DNA from: Eledone cirrhosa | Lineage: Eukaryota | Direction: 5' to 3' | DNA: 64,000 nt | NCBI GenBank assembly: GCA_964016885.1 | Contig: OZ024744.1 | Span: forward strand, 102,858,001 to 102,922,000 | Shown: positions 37,601 to 51,200 of the stretch, one piece after another | How the letters are laid out: every line of letters starts with the position of its first letter | Position numbering within the stretch: the first letter of the stretch is position 1 | Made by a program: the position numbers and the translations under genes | Notes under the pieces: model-generated | Databases searched by the model: none | The model's input: the letters and a program-made list of their open reading frames with translations, nothing else | What the model was told of the DNA's origin: nothing

Positions 37601-40299
37601 TAAAGTGGTCCTGTTGCCATGAAACTAAAAAATAGTCAGTCTTCTGTTTAAAGTGGTCCTGCAGCCATGAAACTAAAAAGTAGTCAGTATACTGTTTAAA
37701 GTGGTCCTGCTGCCATGAAACTAAAAAGTAACCAGTCCACTGTTTAAAGTGGTCCTGCTGCCATGAAACTAAAAAGTAACCAGTCTACTGCTTAAAGTGG
37801 TTCTGTTGCCATGAAACTAAAACGCAGTCCGTCTACTGTTTAAAGTGGTCCTGTTGCCATGAAACTCAAAAGTAACCAGTCCACTGTATAAAATGGTCCT
37901 GTTGCCATGAAACTAAAAAGTAGCCAGTCTACTGTTTAAAATGGTCCTGTTGCCATGAAACTAAAACGTAACCATTCCACTGTTTAAAGTGGTCCTGCTG
38001 CCATGAAACTAAAAAGTAACCAGTCTACTGCTTAAAGTGGTCCTGCTGCCATGAAACTAAAAAGTAGTCAGTCTACTGTTTAAAGTGGTCCTGTTGCCAT
38101 GAAACTAAAAAATAGTCAGTCTACTGTTTAAAGTGGTCCTGCTGCCATGAAACTAAAAAGTAGTCAGTCTACTGTTTAAAGTAGCCCTGCTTCCATGAAA
38201 CTAAAAAGTAGTCAGTATACTGTTTAAAGTGGTTCTGTTGCCATGAAACTAAAAAGCAGTCAGTCTACTGTTTAAAGTGGTCCTGTTGCCATGAAACTCA
38301 AAAGTAACCAGTCTACTGCTTAAAGTGGTCCTCTTGCAATGAAACTAGAAAGTAGTCAGTCTACTGTTTAAAGTGGTCCTGCTGCCATGAAACTAAAAAG
38401 TAACCAGTCCACTGTTTAAAGTGGTCCTGCTGCCATGAAACTAAAAAGTAACCAGTCCACTGTTTAAAGTGGTCCTGCTGCCATGAAACTAAAAAGTAAC
38501 CAGTCCACTGTTTAAAGTGGTCCTGTTGCCATGAAACCAAAAATTAGTCAGACCACTGTTTAAAGTGGTCCTGCTATCATGAAACTAAAAAGTAACCAGT
38601 CTACTGCTTAAAGTGGTCCTCTTGCAATGAAACTAAAAAGTAGTCAGTCTACTGTTTAAAGTGGTCCTGCTGCCATGAAACTAAAAAGTAGTCAGTCCAC
38701 TGTTTAAAGTGGTCCTGCTGCCATGAAACTAAAAAGTAACCAGTCTACTGCTTAAAGTGGTCCTGCTGCCATGAAACTAAAAAATAGTCAGTCTACTGTT
38801 TAAAGTGGTCCTGCTGCCATGAAACTAAAAAGTAGTCAGTCTACTGTTTAAAGTAGCCCTGCTTCCATGAAACTAAAAAGTAGTCAGTATACTGTTTAAA
38901 GTGGTCCTGCTGCCATGAAACTAAAAAGTAACCAGACCACTGTTTAAAGTGGTCCTGCTCCCATGAAACTAAAAAGTAACCAGTCTACTGCTTAAAGTGG
39001 TTCTGTTGCCATGAAACTAAAAAGCAGTCAGTCTACTGTTTAAAGTGGTCCTGTTGCCATGAAACTCAAAAGTAACCAGTCTACTGCTTAAAGTGGTCCT
39101 CTTGCAATGAAACTAAAAAGTAGTCAGTCTACTGTTTAAAGTGGTCCTGCTGCCATGAAACTAAAAAGTAGTCAGTCTACTGTTTAAAGTGGTCCTGCTG
39201 CCATGAAACTAAAAAGTAACCAGTCCACTGTTTAAAGTGGTCCTGCTGCCATGAAACTAAAAAGTAACCAGTCCACTGTTTAAAGTGGTCCTGTTGCCGT
39301 GAAACTAAAAAGTAACCATTCCACTGTTTAAAGTGGTCCTGCTACCATGAAACTAGAAAGTAACCAGCCTACTCTTTAAAGTGGTCCTGTTGCCATTAAA
39401 CTAAAAAGTAACCAGTCTACTGTTTAAAGTGGTCCTGCTGCCATGAAACTAAAAAGTAGTCAGTCTACTGTTTAAAGTGGTCCTGCTGCCATGAAACTAA
39501 AAAGTAACCAGTCTACTGGTCAAAGTGGTCCTGCTGCCATGAAACTAAAAAGTAGTCAGTCAACTGTTTAAAGTGGTCCTGCTGCCATGAAGCTAAAAAG
39601 TAATCAGTCTACTGTTTAAACTGGTCCTGCTGCCATGAAACTAAAAAGTAACCAGTTCCACTGTTTAAAGTGGTCCTGTTGCCATGAAACTAAAACGTGA
39701 ACAGTCTACTGTTTAAAGTGGTCCTGTTGCCGTGAAACTAAAAAGTAACCATTCCACTGTTTAAAGTGGTCCTGCTACCATGAAACTAGAAAGTAACCAG
39801 CCTACTCTTTAAAGTGGTCCTGTTGCCATTAAACTAAAAAGTAACCAGTCTACTGTTTAAAGTGGTCCTGCTGCCATGAAACTAAAAAGTAGTCAGTCTA
39901 CTGTTTAAAGTGGCCCTGCTTCCATGAAACTAAAAAGTAGTCAGTATACTGTTTAAAGTGGTCCTGCTGCCATGAAACTAAAAAGTAACCAGACCACTGT
40001 TTAAAGTGGTCCTGCTCCCATGAATCTAAAAAGTAACCAGTCTACTGCTTAAAGTGGTTCTGTTGCCATGAAACTAAAAAGCAGTCAGTCTACTGTTTAA
40101 AGTGGTCCTGTTGCCATGAAACTCAAAAGTTAGCAGTCTACTGCTGAAAGTGGTCCTCTTGCAATGAAACTAAAAAGTAGTCAGTCTACTGTTTAAAGTG
40201 GTCCTGCTGCCATGAAACTAAAAAGTAGTCAGTCTACTGTTTAAAGTGGTCCTGCTGCCATGAAACTAAAAAGTAAACAGTCCACTGTTTAAAGAGGTC

Positions 40300-43200
40300 C
40301 TGCTGCCATGAAAGTAAAAAGTAACCAGTCCACTGTTTAAAGTGGTCCTGTTGCCATGAAACCAAAAATTAGTCAGACCACTGTTTAAAGTGGTCCTGCT
40401 GCCATGAAACTAAAAAGTAACCAGTCTACTGCTTAAAGTGGTCCTCTTGCAATGAAACTAAAAAGTAGTCAGTCTACTGTTTAAAGTGGTCCTGCTGCCA
40501 TGAAACTAAAAAGTAGTCAGTCTACTGTTTAAAGTGGTCCTGTTGCCATGAAACTAAAAAATAGTCAGTCTTCTGTTTAAAGTGGTCCTGCTGCCATGAA
40601 ACTAAAAAGTAGTCAGTATTCTGTTTAAAGTGGTCCAGCTGCCATGAAACTAAAAAGTAACCAGTCTACTGTTTAAAGTGGTCCAGCTGCCATGAAACTA
40701 AAAAGGAGTCAGTCTACTGTTTAAACTGGTCCTGCTGCCATGAAACTAAAAAGTAACCAGTTCCACTGTTTAAAGTGGTCCTGTTGCCATGAAACTAAAA
40801 AGTAAACAGTCTACTGTTTAAAGTGGTCCTGTTGCCATGAAACTAAAAAGTAAACAGTCTACTGTTTAAAGTGGTCCTGTTGCCATGAAACTAAAAAGTA
40901 ACCATTCCACTGTATAAAGTGGTCCTGCTGCCATGAAACTAGAAAGTAACCAGCCTACTCTTTAAAGTGGTCCTGTTGCCATTAAACTAAAAAGTAACCA
41001 GTCTACTGTTTAAAGTGGTCCTGCTGCCATGAAACTAAAAAGTAGTCAGTCTACTGTTTAAAGTGGCCCTGCTTCCATGAAACTAAAAAGTAGTTAGTAT
41101 ACTGTTTAAAGTGGTCCTGCTGCCATGAAACTAAAAAGTAAACAGACCACTGTTTAAAGTGGTCCTGCTCCCATGAAACTAAAAAGTAACCAGTCTACTG
41201 CTTAAAGTGGTACTGTTGCCATGAAACTAAAAAGCAGTCAGTCTACTGTTTAAAGGGGTCCTGTTGCCATGAAACTCAAAAGTAACCAGTCTACTGCTTA
41301 AAGTTGTCCTCTTGCAATGAAACTAAAAAGTAGTCAGTCTACTGTTTAAAGTGGTCCTGCTGCAATGAAACTAAAAAGTAGTCAGTCAACTGTTTAAAGT
41401 GGTCCTGCTGCCATGAAACTAAAAAGTAACCAGTCCACTGTTTAAAGTGGTCCTGCTGCCATGAAACTAAAAAGTAACCAGTCCACTGTTTAAAGTGGTC
41501 CTGCTGCCATGAAACTAAAAAGTAACCAGTCCACTGTTTAAAGTGGTCCTGTTGCCATGAAACTAAAATGTAGTCAGACCACTGTTTAAAGTGGTCCTGC
41601 TGCCATGAAACTAAAAAGTAGTCAGTCTACTGTTTAAAGTGGTCCTGTTGCCATGAAACTAAAAAATAGTCAGTCTTCTGTTTAAAGTGGTCCTGCAGCC
41701 ATGAAACTAAAAAGTAGTCAGTATACTGTTTAAAGTGGTCCTGCTGCCATGAAACTAAAAAGTAACCAGTCCACTGTTTAAAGTGGTCCTGCTGCCATGA
41801 AACTAAAAAGTAACCAGTCTACTGCTTAAAGTGGTTCTGTTGCCATGAAACTAAAACGCAGTCCGTCTACTGTTTAAAGTGGTCCTGTTGCCATGAAACT
41901 AAAACGTAACCATTCCACTGTTTAAAGTGGTCCTGCTGCCATGAAACTAAAAAGTAACCAGTCCACCGTTTAAAGTGGTCCTGCTGCCATGAAAGTAAAA
42001 AGTAACCAGTCCACTGTTTAAAGTGGTCCTGTTGCCATGAAACCAAAAATTAGTCAGACCACTGTTTAAAGAGGTCCTGCTGCCATGAAACTAAAAAGTA
42101 ACCAGTCTACTGCTTAAAGTGGTCCTCTTGCAATGAAACTAAAAAGTAGTCAGTCTACTGTTTAAAGTGGTCCTGCTGCCATGAAACTAAAAAGTAGTCA
42201 GTCTACTGTTTAAAGTGGTCATGTTGCCATGAAACTAAAAAATAGTCAGTCTTCTGTTTAAAGTGGTCCTGCTGCCATGAAACTAAAAAGTAGTCAGTAT
42301 TCTGTTTAAAGTGGTCCTGCTGCCATGAAACTAAAAAGTAACCAGTCTACTGTTTAAAGTGGTCCAGCTGCCATGAAACTAAAAAGGAGTCAGTCTACTG
42401 TTTAAACTGGTCCTGCTGCCATGAAACTAAAAAGTAACCAGTTCCACTGTTTAAAGTGGTCCTGTTGCCATGAAACTAAAAAGTAAACAGTCTACTGTTT
42501 AAAGTGGTCCTGTTGCCATGAAACTAAAAAGTAAACAGTCTACTGTTTAAAGTGGTCCTGTTGCCATGAAACTAAAAAGTAACCATTCCACTGTATAAAG
42601 TGGTCCTGCTGCCATGAAACTAGAAAGTAACCAGCCTACTCTTTAAAGTGGTCCTGTTGCCATTAAACTAAAAAGTAACCAGTCTACTGTTTAAAGTGGT
42701 CCTGCTGCCATGAAACTAAAAAGTAGTCAGTCTACTGTTTAAAGTGGCCCTGCTTCCATGAAACTAAAAAGTAGTTAGTATACTGTTTAAAGTGGTCCTG
42801 CTGCCATGAAACTAAAAAGTAAACAGACCACTGTTTAAAGTGGTCCTGCTCCCATGAAACTAAAAAGTAACCAGTCTACTGCTTAAAGTGGTACTGTTGC
42901 CATGAAACTAAAAAGCAGTCAGTCTACTGTTTAAAGGGGTCCTGTTGCCATGAAACTCAAAAGTAACCAGTCTACTGCTTAAAGTAGTCCTCTTGCAATG
43001 AAACTAAAAAGTAGTCAGTCTACTGTTTAAAGTGGTCCTGCTGCAATGAAACTAAAAAGTAGTCAGTCTACTGTTTAAAGTGGTCCTGCTGCCATGAAAC
43101 TAAAAAGTAACCAGTCCACTGTTTAAAGTGGTCCTGCTGCCATGAAACTAAAAAGTAACCAGTCCACTGTTTAAAGTGGTCCTGCTGCCATGAAACTAAA

Positions 43201-44340
43201 AAGTAACCAGTCCACTGTTTAAAGTGGTCCTGTTGCCATGAAACTAAAAAGTAGTCAGACCACTGTTTAAAGTGGTCCTGCTGCCATGAAACTAAAAAGT
43301 AGTCAGTCTACTGTTTAAAGTGGTCCTGTTGCCATGAAACTAAAAAATAGTCAGTCTTCTGTTTAAAGTGGTCCTGCAGCCATGAAACTAAAAAGTAGTC
43401 AGTATACTGTTTAAAGTGGTCCTGCTGCCATGAAACTAAAAAGTAACCAGTCCACTGTTTAAAGTGGTCCTGCTGCCATGAAACTAAAAAGTAACCAGTC
43501 TACTGCTTAAAGTGGTTCTGTTGCCATGAAACTAAAACGCAGTCCGTCTACTGTTTAAAGTGGTCCTGTTGCCATGAAACTAAAACGTAACCATTCCACT
43601 GTTTAAAGTGGTCCTGCTGCCATGAAACTAAAAAGTAACCAGTCCACCGTTTAAAGTGGTCCTGCTGCCATGAAAGTAAAAAGTAACCAGTCCACTATTT
43701 AAAGTGGTCCTGTTGCCATGAAACTAAAAAGTAGTCAGTCCACTGTTTAAAGTCGTCCTGCTGCCATGAAACTAAAAAGTAACCAGTCTACTGCTTAAAG
43801 TGGTCCTCTTGCAATGAAACTAAAAAGTAGTCAGTCTACTGTTTGAAGTGGTCCTGCTGCCATGAAACTAAAAAGTAGTCAGTCTACTGTTTAAAGTGGT
43901 CCTGTTGCCATGAAACTAAAAAATAGTCAGTCTTCTGTTTAAAGTGGTCCTGCTGCCATGAAACTAAAAAGTAGTCAGTATTCTGTTTAAAGTGGTCCTG
44001 CTGCCATGAAACTAAAAAGTAACCAGTCTACTGTTTAAAGTGGTCCAGCTGCCATGAAACTAAAAAGGAGTCAGTCTACTGTTTAAACTGGTCCTGCTGC
44101 CATGAAACTAAAAAGTAACCAGTTCCACTGTTTAAAGTGGTCCTGTTGCCATGAAACTAAAAAGTAAACAGTCTACTGTTTAAAGTGGTCCTGTTGCCAT
44201 GAAACTAAAAAGTAAACAGTCTACTGTTTAAAGTGGTCCTGTTGCCATGAAACTAAAAAGTAACCATTCCACTGTATAAAGTGGTCCTGCTGCCATGAAA
44301 CTAGAAAGTAACCAGCCTACTCTTTAAAGTGGTCCTGCTG
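40300..44340. repeat. 35-monomer higher-order repeat, period 1681 bp, about 2.4 copies (third copy partly divergent)
   Basis: GAAAGTAAAA (second G at 40314, 41995, 43676) and TGTATAAAG (40911, 42592, 44273) are each spaced by 1681. Confidence 0.85.
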
Positions 44341-44419
44341 CCATGAAACTAAAAAGTAGTCAGTCTACTGTTTAAAGTGGTCCTGTTGCCATGAAACTAA
44401 AAAATAGTCAGTCTTCTGT

Positions 44420-47400
44420 TTAAAGTGGTCCTGCTGCCATGAAACTAAAAAGTAGTCAGTCTACTGTTTGAAGTGGTCCTGCTGCCATGAAACTAAAAAG
44501 TAACCAGTCCACTGTTTAAAGTGGTCCTGCTGCCATGAAACTAAAAAGTAACCAGTCCACCGTTTAAAGTGGTCCTGCTGCCATGAAACTAAAAAGTAAC
44601 CAGTCCACTGTTTAAAGTGGTCCTGTTGCCATGAAACCAAAAATTAGTCAGACCACTGTTTAAAGTGGTCCTGCTGCCATGAAACTAAAAAGTAACCAGT
44701 CTACTGCTTAAAGTGGTCCTCTTGCAATGAAACTAAAAAGTAGTCAGTCTACTGTTTAAAGTGGTCCTGCTGCCATGAAACTAAAAAGTAGTCAGTCCAC
44801 TGTTTAAAGTGGTCCTGCTGCCATGAAACTAAAAAGTAACCAGTCTACTGCTTAAAGTGGTCCTGCTGTCATGAAACTAAAAAGTAGTCAGTCTACTGTT
44901 TAAAGTGGTCCTGTTGCCATGAAACTAAAAAATAGTCAGTCTACTGTTTAAAGTGGTCCTGCTGCCATGAAACTAAAAAGTAGTCAGTCTACTGTTTAAA
45001 GTAGCCCTGCTTCCATGCAACTAAAAAGTAGTCAGTATACTGTTTAAAGTGGTCCTGCTGCCATGAAACTAAAAAGTAACCAGACCACTGTTTAAAGTGG
45101 TCCTGCTCCCATGAAACTAAAAAGTAACCAGTCTACTGCTTAAAGTGGTTCTGTTGCCATGAAACTAAAAAGCAGTCAGTCTACTGTTTAAAGTGGTCCT
45201 GTTGCCATGAAACTCAAAAGTAACCAGTCTACTGCTTAAAGTGGTCCTCTTGCAATGAAGCTAAAAAGTAGTCAGTCTACTGTTTAAAGTGGTCCTGCTG
45301 CCATGAAACTAAAAAGTAGTCAGTCTACTGTTTAAAGTGGTCCTGCTGCCATGAAACTAAAAAGTAACCAGTCCACTGTTTAAAGTGGTCCTGCTGCCAT
45401 GAAACTAAAAAGTAACCAGTCCACTGTTTAAAGTGGTCCTGCTGCCATGAAACTAAAAAGTAACCAGTCCACTGTTTAAAGTGGTCCTGTTGCCATGAAA
45501 CCAAAAATTAGTCAGACCACTGTTTAAAGTGGTCCTGCTGCCATGAAACTAAAAAGTAACCAGTCTACTGCTTAAAGTGGTCCTCTTGCAATGAAACTAA
45601 AAAGTAGTCAGTCTACTGTTTAAAGTGGTCCTGCTGCCATGAAACTAAAAAGTAGTCAGTATACTGTTTAAAGTGGTCCTGCTGCCATGAAACTAAAAAG
45701 TAAGCAGTCTACTGTTTAAAGTGGTCCAGCTGCCATGAAACTAAAAAGTAGTCAGTCTACTGTTTAAAGTGGTCCTGCTGCCATGAAAATAAAAAGTAGT
45801 CAGTCCACTGTTTAAAGTGGTCCTGCTGCCATGAAACTAAATAGTAACCAGTCTACTGCTTAAAGTGGTCCTGTTGCCATTAAACTAAAAAGTAACCAGT
45901 CAACTGTATGAAGTTGTCCTGCTGCCATGAAACTAAAAAGTAACCAGTCTACTGTTTAAAGTGGTCCTGTTGCCATGAAACTAAAGAGTAACCAGTCCAC
46001 TGTTTAAAGTGGTCCTGTTGCCATGAAACTAAAAAGTAGTCAGTCTACTGTTTAAAGTAATCCTGTTGCCATGAAACCAAAAAGTAGTCAGTCCACTGTT
46101 TAAAGTGGTCCTGCTGCCATGAAACTAAAAAGTAGTCAGTCTACTGTTTAAAGTGGTCCTGCTGCCATGAAACTAAAAAGTAGTCAGTCTACTGTTTGAA
46201 GTGGTCCTGCTGCCATGAAACTAAAAAGTAACCAGTCCACTGTTTAAAGTGGTCCTGCTGCCATGAAACTAAAAAGTAACCAGTCCACCGTTTAAAGTGG
46301 TCCTGCTGCCATGAAACTAAAAAGTAACCAGTCCACTGTTTAAAGTGGTCCTGTTGCCATGAAACCAAAAATTAGTCAGACCACTGTTTAAAGTGGTCCT
46401 GCTGCCATGAAACTAAAAAGTAACCAGTCTACTGCTTAAAGTGGTCCTCTTGCAATGAAACTAAAAAGTAGTCAGTCTACTGTTTAAAGTGGTCCTGCTG
46501 CCATGAAACTAAAAAGTAGTCAGTCCACTGTTTAAAGTGGTCCTGCTGCCATGAAACTAAAAAGTAACCAGTCTACTGCTTAAAGTGGTCCTGCTGTCAT
46601 GAAACTAAAAAGTAGTCAGTCTACTGTTTAAAGTGGTCCTGTTGCCATGAAACTAAAAAATAGTCAGTCTACTGTTTAAAGTGGTCCTGCTGCCATGAAA
46701 CTAAAAAGTAGTCAGTCTACTGTTTAAAGTAGCCCTGCTTCCATGCAACTAAAAAGTAGTCAGTATACTGTTTAAAGTGGTCCTGCTGCCATGAAACTAA
46801 AAAGTAACCAGACCACTGTTTAAAGTGGTCCTGCTCCCATGAAACTAAAAAGTAACCAGTCTACTGCTTAAAGTGGTTCTGTTGCCATGAAACTAAAAAG
46901 CAGTCAGTCTACTGTTTAAAGTGGTCCTGTTGCCATGAAACTCAAAAGTAACCAGTCTACTGCTTAAAGTGGTCCTCTTGCAATGAAGCTAAAAAGTAGT
47001 CAGTCTACTGTTTAAAGTGGTCCTGCTGCCATGAAACTAAAAAGTAGTCAGTCTACTGTTTAAAGTGGTCCTGCTGCCATGAAACTAAAAAGTAACCAGT
47101 CCACTGTTTAAAGTGGTCCTGCTGCCATGAAACTAAAAAGTAACCAGTCCACTGTTTAAAGTGGTCCTGCTGCCATGAAACTAAAAAGTAACCAGTCCAC
47201 TGTTTAAAGTGGTCCTGTTGCCATGAAACCAAAAATTAGTCAGACCACTGTTTAAAGTGGTCCTGCTGCCATGAAACTAAAAAGTAACCAGTCTACTGCT
47301 TAAAGTGGTCCTCTTGCAATGAAACTAAAAAGTAGTCAGTCTACTGTTTAAAGTGGTCCTGCTGCCATGAAACTAAAAAGTAGTCAGTATACTGTTTAAA

Positions 47401-47910
47401 GTGGTCCTGCTGCCATGAAACTAAAAAGTAAGCAGTCTACTGTTTAAAGTGGTCCAGCTGCCATGAAACTAAAAAGTAGTCAGTCTACTGTTTAAAGTGG
47501 TCCTGCTGCCATGAAAATAAAAAGTAGTCAGTCCACTGTTTAAAGTGGTCCTGCTGCCATGAAACTAAATAGTAACCAGTCTACTGCTTAAAGTGGTCCT
47601 GTTGCCATTAAACTAAAAAGTAACCAGTCAACTGTATGAAGTTGTCCTGCTGCCATGAAACTAAAAAGTAACCAGTCTACTGTTTAAAGTGGTCCTGTTG
47701 CCATGAAACTAAAGAGTAACCAGTCCACTGTTTAAAGTGGTCCTGTTGCCATGAAACTAAAAAGTAGTCAGTCTACTGTTTAAAGTAATCCTGTTGCCAT
47801 GAAACCAAAAAGTAGTCAGTCCACTGTTTAAAGTGGTCCTGCTGCCATGAAACTAAAAAGTAGTCAGTCTACTGTTTAAAGTGGTCCTGCTGCCATGAAA
47901 CTAAAAAGTA
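44420..47910. repeat. Tandem duplication, period 1728 bp (36 monomers), 2 copies
   Basis: TTTGAAG (G at 44470/46198), CCATGCAAC (C at 45018/46746) and TAAGCAG (45701/47429) are all offset by 1728. The match ends at 46183/47911. Confidence 0.9.
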
Positions 47911-48289
47911 ACCAGTCTACTGTTTAAAGTGGTCATGCTGCCATGAAACTAAAAAGTAGTCAGTCTACTGTTTAAAGTGGTCCTGCTGCCATGAAACTAA
48001 AAAGTAGTCAGTCTACTGTTTAAAGTGGTCCTGCTGCCATGAAACTAAAAAGTAACCAGTCTACTGTTTAAAGTGGTCCTGCTGCCATGGAACTAAAAAG
48101 TAATCAGTCTACTGTTTAAAGTGGTTCTGCTGCCATGAAACTAAAAAGTAACCAGTCCACTGTTTAAAGTGGTACTGTTGCAATGAAACTAAAAAGTAAC
48201 GAGTCAACTGTTTAAAGTGGTACTGTTGCAATGAAACTAAAAAGTAGTCAGTCCACTGTTTAAAGTGGTCCTGCTGCTATGAAACTAAA

Positions 48290-51200
48290 AAGTAACCAGT
48301 CTACTGCTAAAAGTGGTCCTGTTGCCATGAAACTAAAAAGTAGTCAGTCTACTGTTTAAAGTGGTCCTGCTGCCATGAAACTAAAAAGTAGTCAGTCTAC
48401 TGTTTAAAGTGGTCATGTTGTCATGAAACTAAAAAATAGTCAGTCTGCTGTTTAAAGTGGTCCTGCTGCCATGAAACTAAAAAGTAACCAGTCCAGTATT
48501 TAAAGTGGTCCTGCTGCCATGAAACTAAAAATTAGTCAGTCTACTGTTTAAAGTGGTCCTGTTGCCATGAAACTAAAAAGTGGTCAGTCTACTGTTCAAA
48601 GTGGTCCTGCTGCCATGAAACTAAAAAGTAGTCAGTCTACTGTTTAACTGGTCTTGTTGCCATGAAACTAAAAAGTAACCAGTCTACTGGTCAAAGTGGT
48701 CCTGCTGCCATGAAACTAAAAAGTAGTCAGTCAACTGTTTAAAGTGGTCCTGCTGCCATGAAACTAAAAAGTAATCAGTCTACTGTTTAAACTAGTCCTG
48801 CTGCCATGAAACTAAAAAGTAACCAGTTCCACTGTTTAAAGTGGTCCTGTTGCCATGAAACTAAAAAGTAAACAGTCTACTGTTTAAAGTGGTCCTGTTG
48901 CCGTGAAACTAAAAAGTAACCATTCCACTGTTTAAAGTGGTCCTGCTACCATGAAACTAGAAAGTAACCAGCCTACTCTTTAAAGTGGTCCTGTTGCCAT
49001 TAAACTAAAAAGTAACCAGTCTACTGTTTAAAGTGGTCCTGCTGCCATGAAACTAAAAAGTAGTGAGTCTACTGTTTAAAGTGGCCCTGCTTCCATGAAA
49101 CTAAAAAGTAGTCAGTATACTGTTTAAAGTGGTCCTGCTGCCATGAAACTAAAAAGTAACCAGACCACTGTTTAAAGTGGTCCTGCTGCCATGAAACTAA
49201 AAAGTAACCAGTCTACTGCTTAAAGTGGTCCTCTTGCAATGAAACTAAAAAGTAGTCAGTCTACTGTTTAAAGTGGTCCTGCTGCCATGAAACTAAAAAG
49301 TAGTCAGTCTACTGTTTAAAGTGGTCCTGTTGCCATGAAACTAAAAAATAGTCAGTCTTCTGTTTAAAGTGGTCCTGCTGCCATGAAACTAAAAAGTAGT
49401 CAGTATACTGTTTAAAGTGGTCCTGCTGCCATGAAACTAAAAAGTAACCAGTCTACTATTTAAAGTGGTCCAGCTGCCATGAAACTAAAAAGGAGTCAGT
49501 CTACTGTTTAAACTGGTCCTGCTGCCATGAAACTAAAAAGTAACCAGTTCCACTGTTTAAAGTGGTCCTGTTGCCATGAAACTAAAAAGTAAACAGTCTA
49601 CTGTTTAAAGTGGTCCTGTTGCCATGAAACTAAAAAGTAAACAGTCTACTGTTTAAAGTGGTCCTGTTGCCGTGAAACTAAAAAGTAACCATTCCACTGT
49701 TTAAAGTGGTCCTGCTGCCATGAAACTAGAAAGTAACCAGCCTACTCTTTAAAGTGGTCCTGTTGCCATTAAACTAAAAAGTAACCAGTCTACTGTTTAA
49801 AGTGGTCCTGCTGCCATGAAACTAAAAAGTAGTCAGTCTACTGTTTAAAGTGGCCCTGCTTCCATGAAACTAAAAAGTAGTTAGTATACTGTTTAAAGTG
49901 GTCCTGCTGCCATGAAACTAAAAATTAACCAGTCTACTGCTTAAAGTGGTACTGTTGCCATGAAACTAAAAAGCAGTCAGTCTACTGTTTAAAGTGGTCC
50001 TGTTGCCATGAAACTCAAAAGTAACCAGTCTACTGCTTAAAGCGGTCCTCTTGCAATGAAACTAAAAAGTAGTCAGTCTACTGTTTAAAGTGGTCCTGCT
50101 GCAATGAAACTAAAAAGTAGTCAGTCTACTGTTTAAAGTGGTCCTGCTGCCATGAAACTAAAAAGTAGTCAGTCTACTGTTTAAAGTGGTCCTGCTGCCA
50201 TGAAACTAAAAAGTAACCAGTCCACTGTTTAAAGTGGTCCTGCTGCCATGAAACTAAAAAGTAACCAGTCCACTGTTTAAAGTGGTCCTGCTGCCATGAA
50301 ACTAAAAAGTAACCAGTCCACTGTTTAAAGTGGTCCTGTTGCCATGAAACCAAAAATTAGTCAGACCACTGTTTAAAGTGGTCCTGCTGCCATGAAACTA
50401 AAAAGTAACCAGTTCCACTGTTTAAAGTGGTCCTGTTGCCATGAAACTAAAAAGTAAACAGTCTACTGTTTAAAGTGGTCCTGTTGCCATGAAACTAAAA
50501 AGTAAACAGTCTACTGTTTAAAGTGGTCCTGTTGCCGTGAAACTAAAAAGTAACCATTCCACTGTTTAAAGTGGTCCTGCTGCCATGAAACTAGAAAGTA
50601 ACCAGCCTACTCTTTAAAGTGGTCCTGTTGCCATTAAACTAAAAAGTAACCAGTCTACTGTTTAAAGTGGTCCTGCTGCCATGAAACTAAAAAGTAGTCA
50701 GTCTACTGTTTAAAGTGGCCCTGCTTCCATGAAACTAAAAAGTAGTTAGTATACTGTTTAAAGTGGTCCTGCTGCCATGAAACTAAAAATTAACCAGTCT
50801 ACTGCTTAAAGTGGTACTGTTGCCATGAAACTAAAAAGCAGTCAGTCTACTGTTTAAAGTGGTCCTGTTGCCATGAAACTCAAAAGTAACCAGTCTACTG
50901 CTTAAAGCGGTCCTCTTGCAATGAAACTAAAAAGTAGTCAGTCTACTGTTTAAAGTGGTCCTGCTGCAATGAAACTAAAAAGTAGTCAGTCTACTGTTTA
51001 AAGTGGTCCTGCTGCCATGAAACTAAAAAGTAGTCAGTCTACTGTTTAAAGTGGTCCTGCTGCCATGAAACTAAAAAGTAACCAGTCCACTGTTTAAAGT
51101 GGTCCTGCTGCCATGAAACTAAAAAGTAACCAGTCCACTGTTTAAAGTGGTCCTGCTGCCATGAAACTAAAAAGTAACCAGTCCACTGTTTAAAGTGGTC

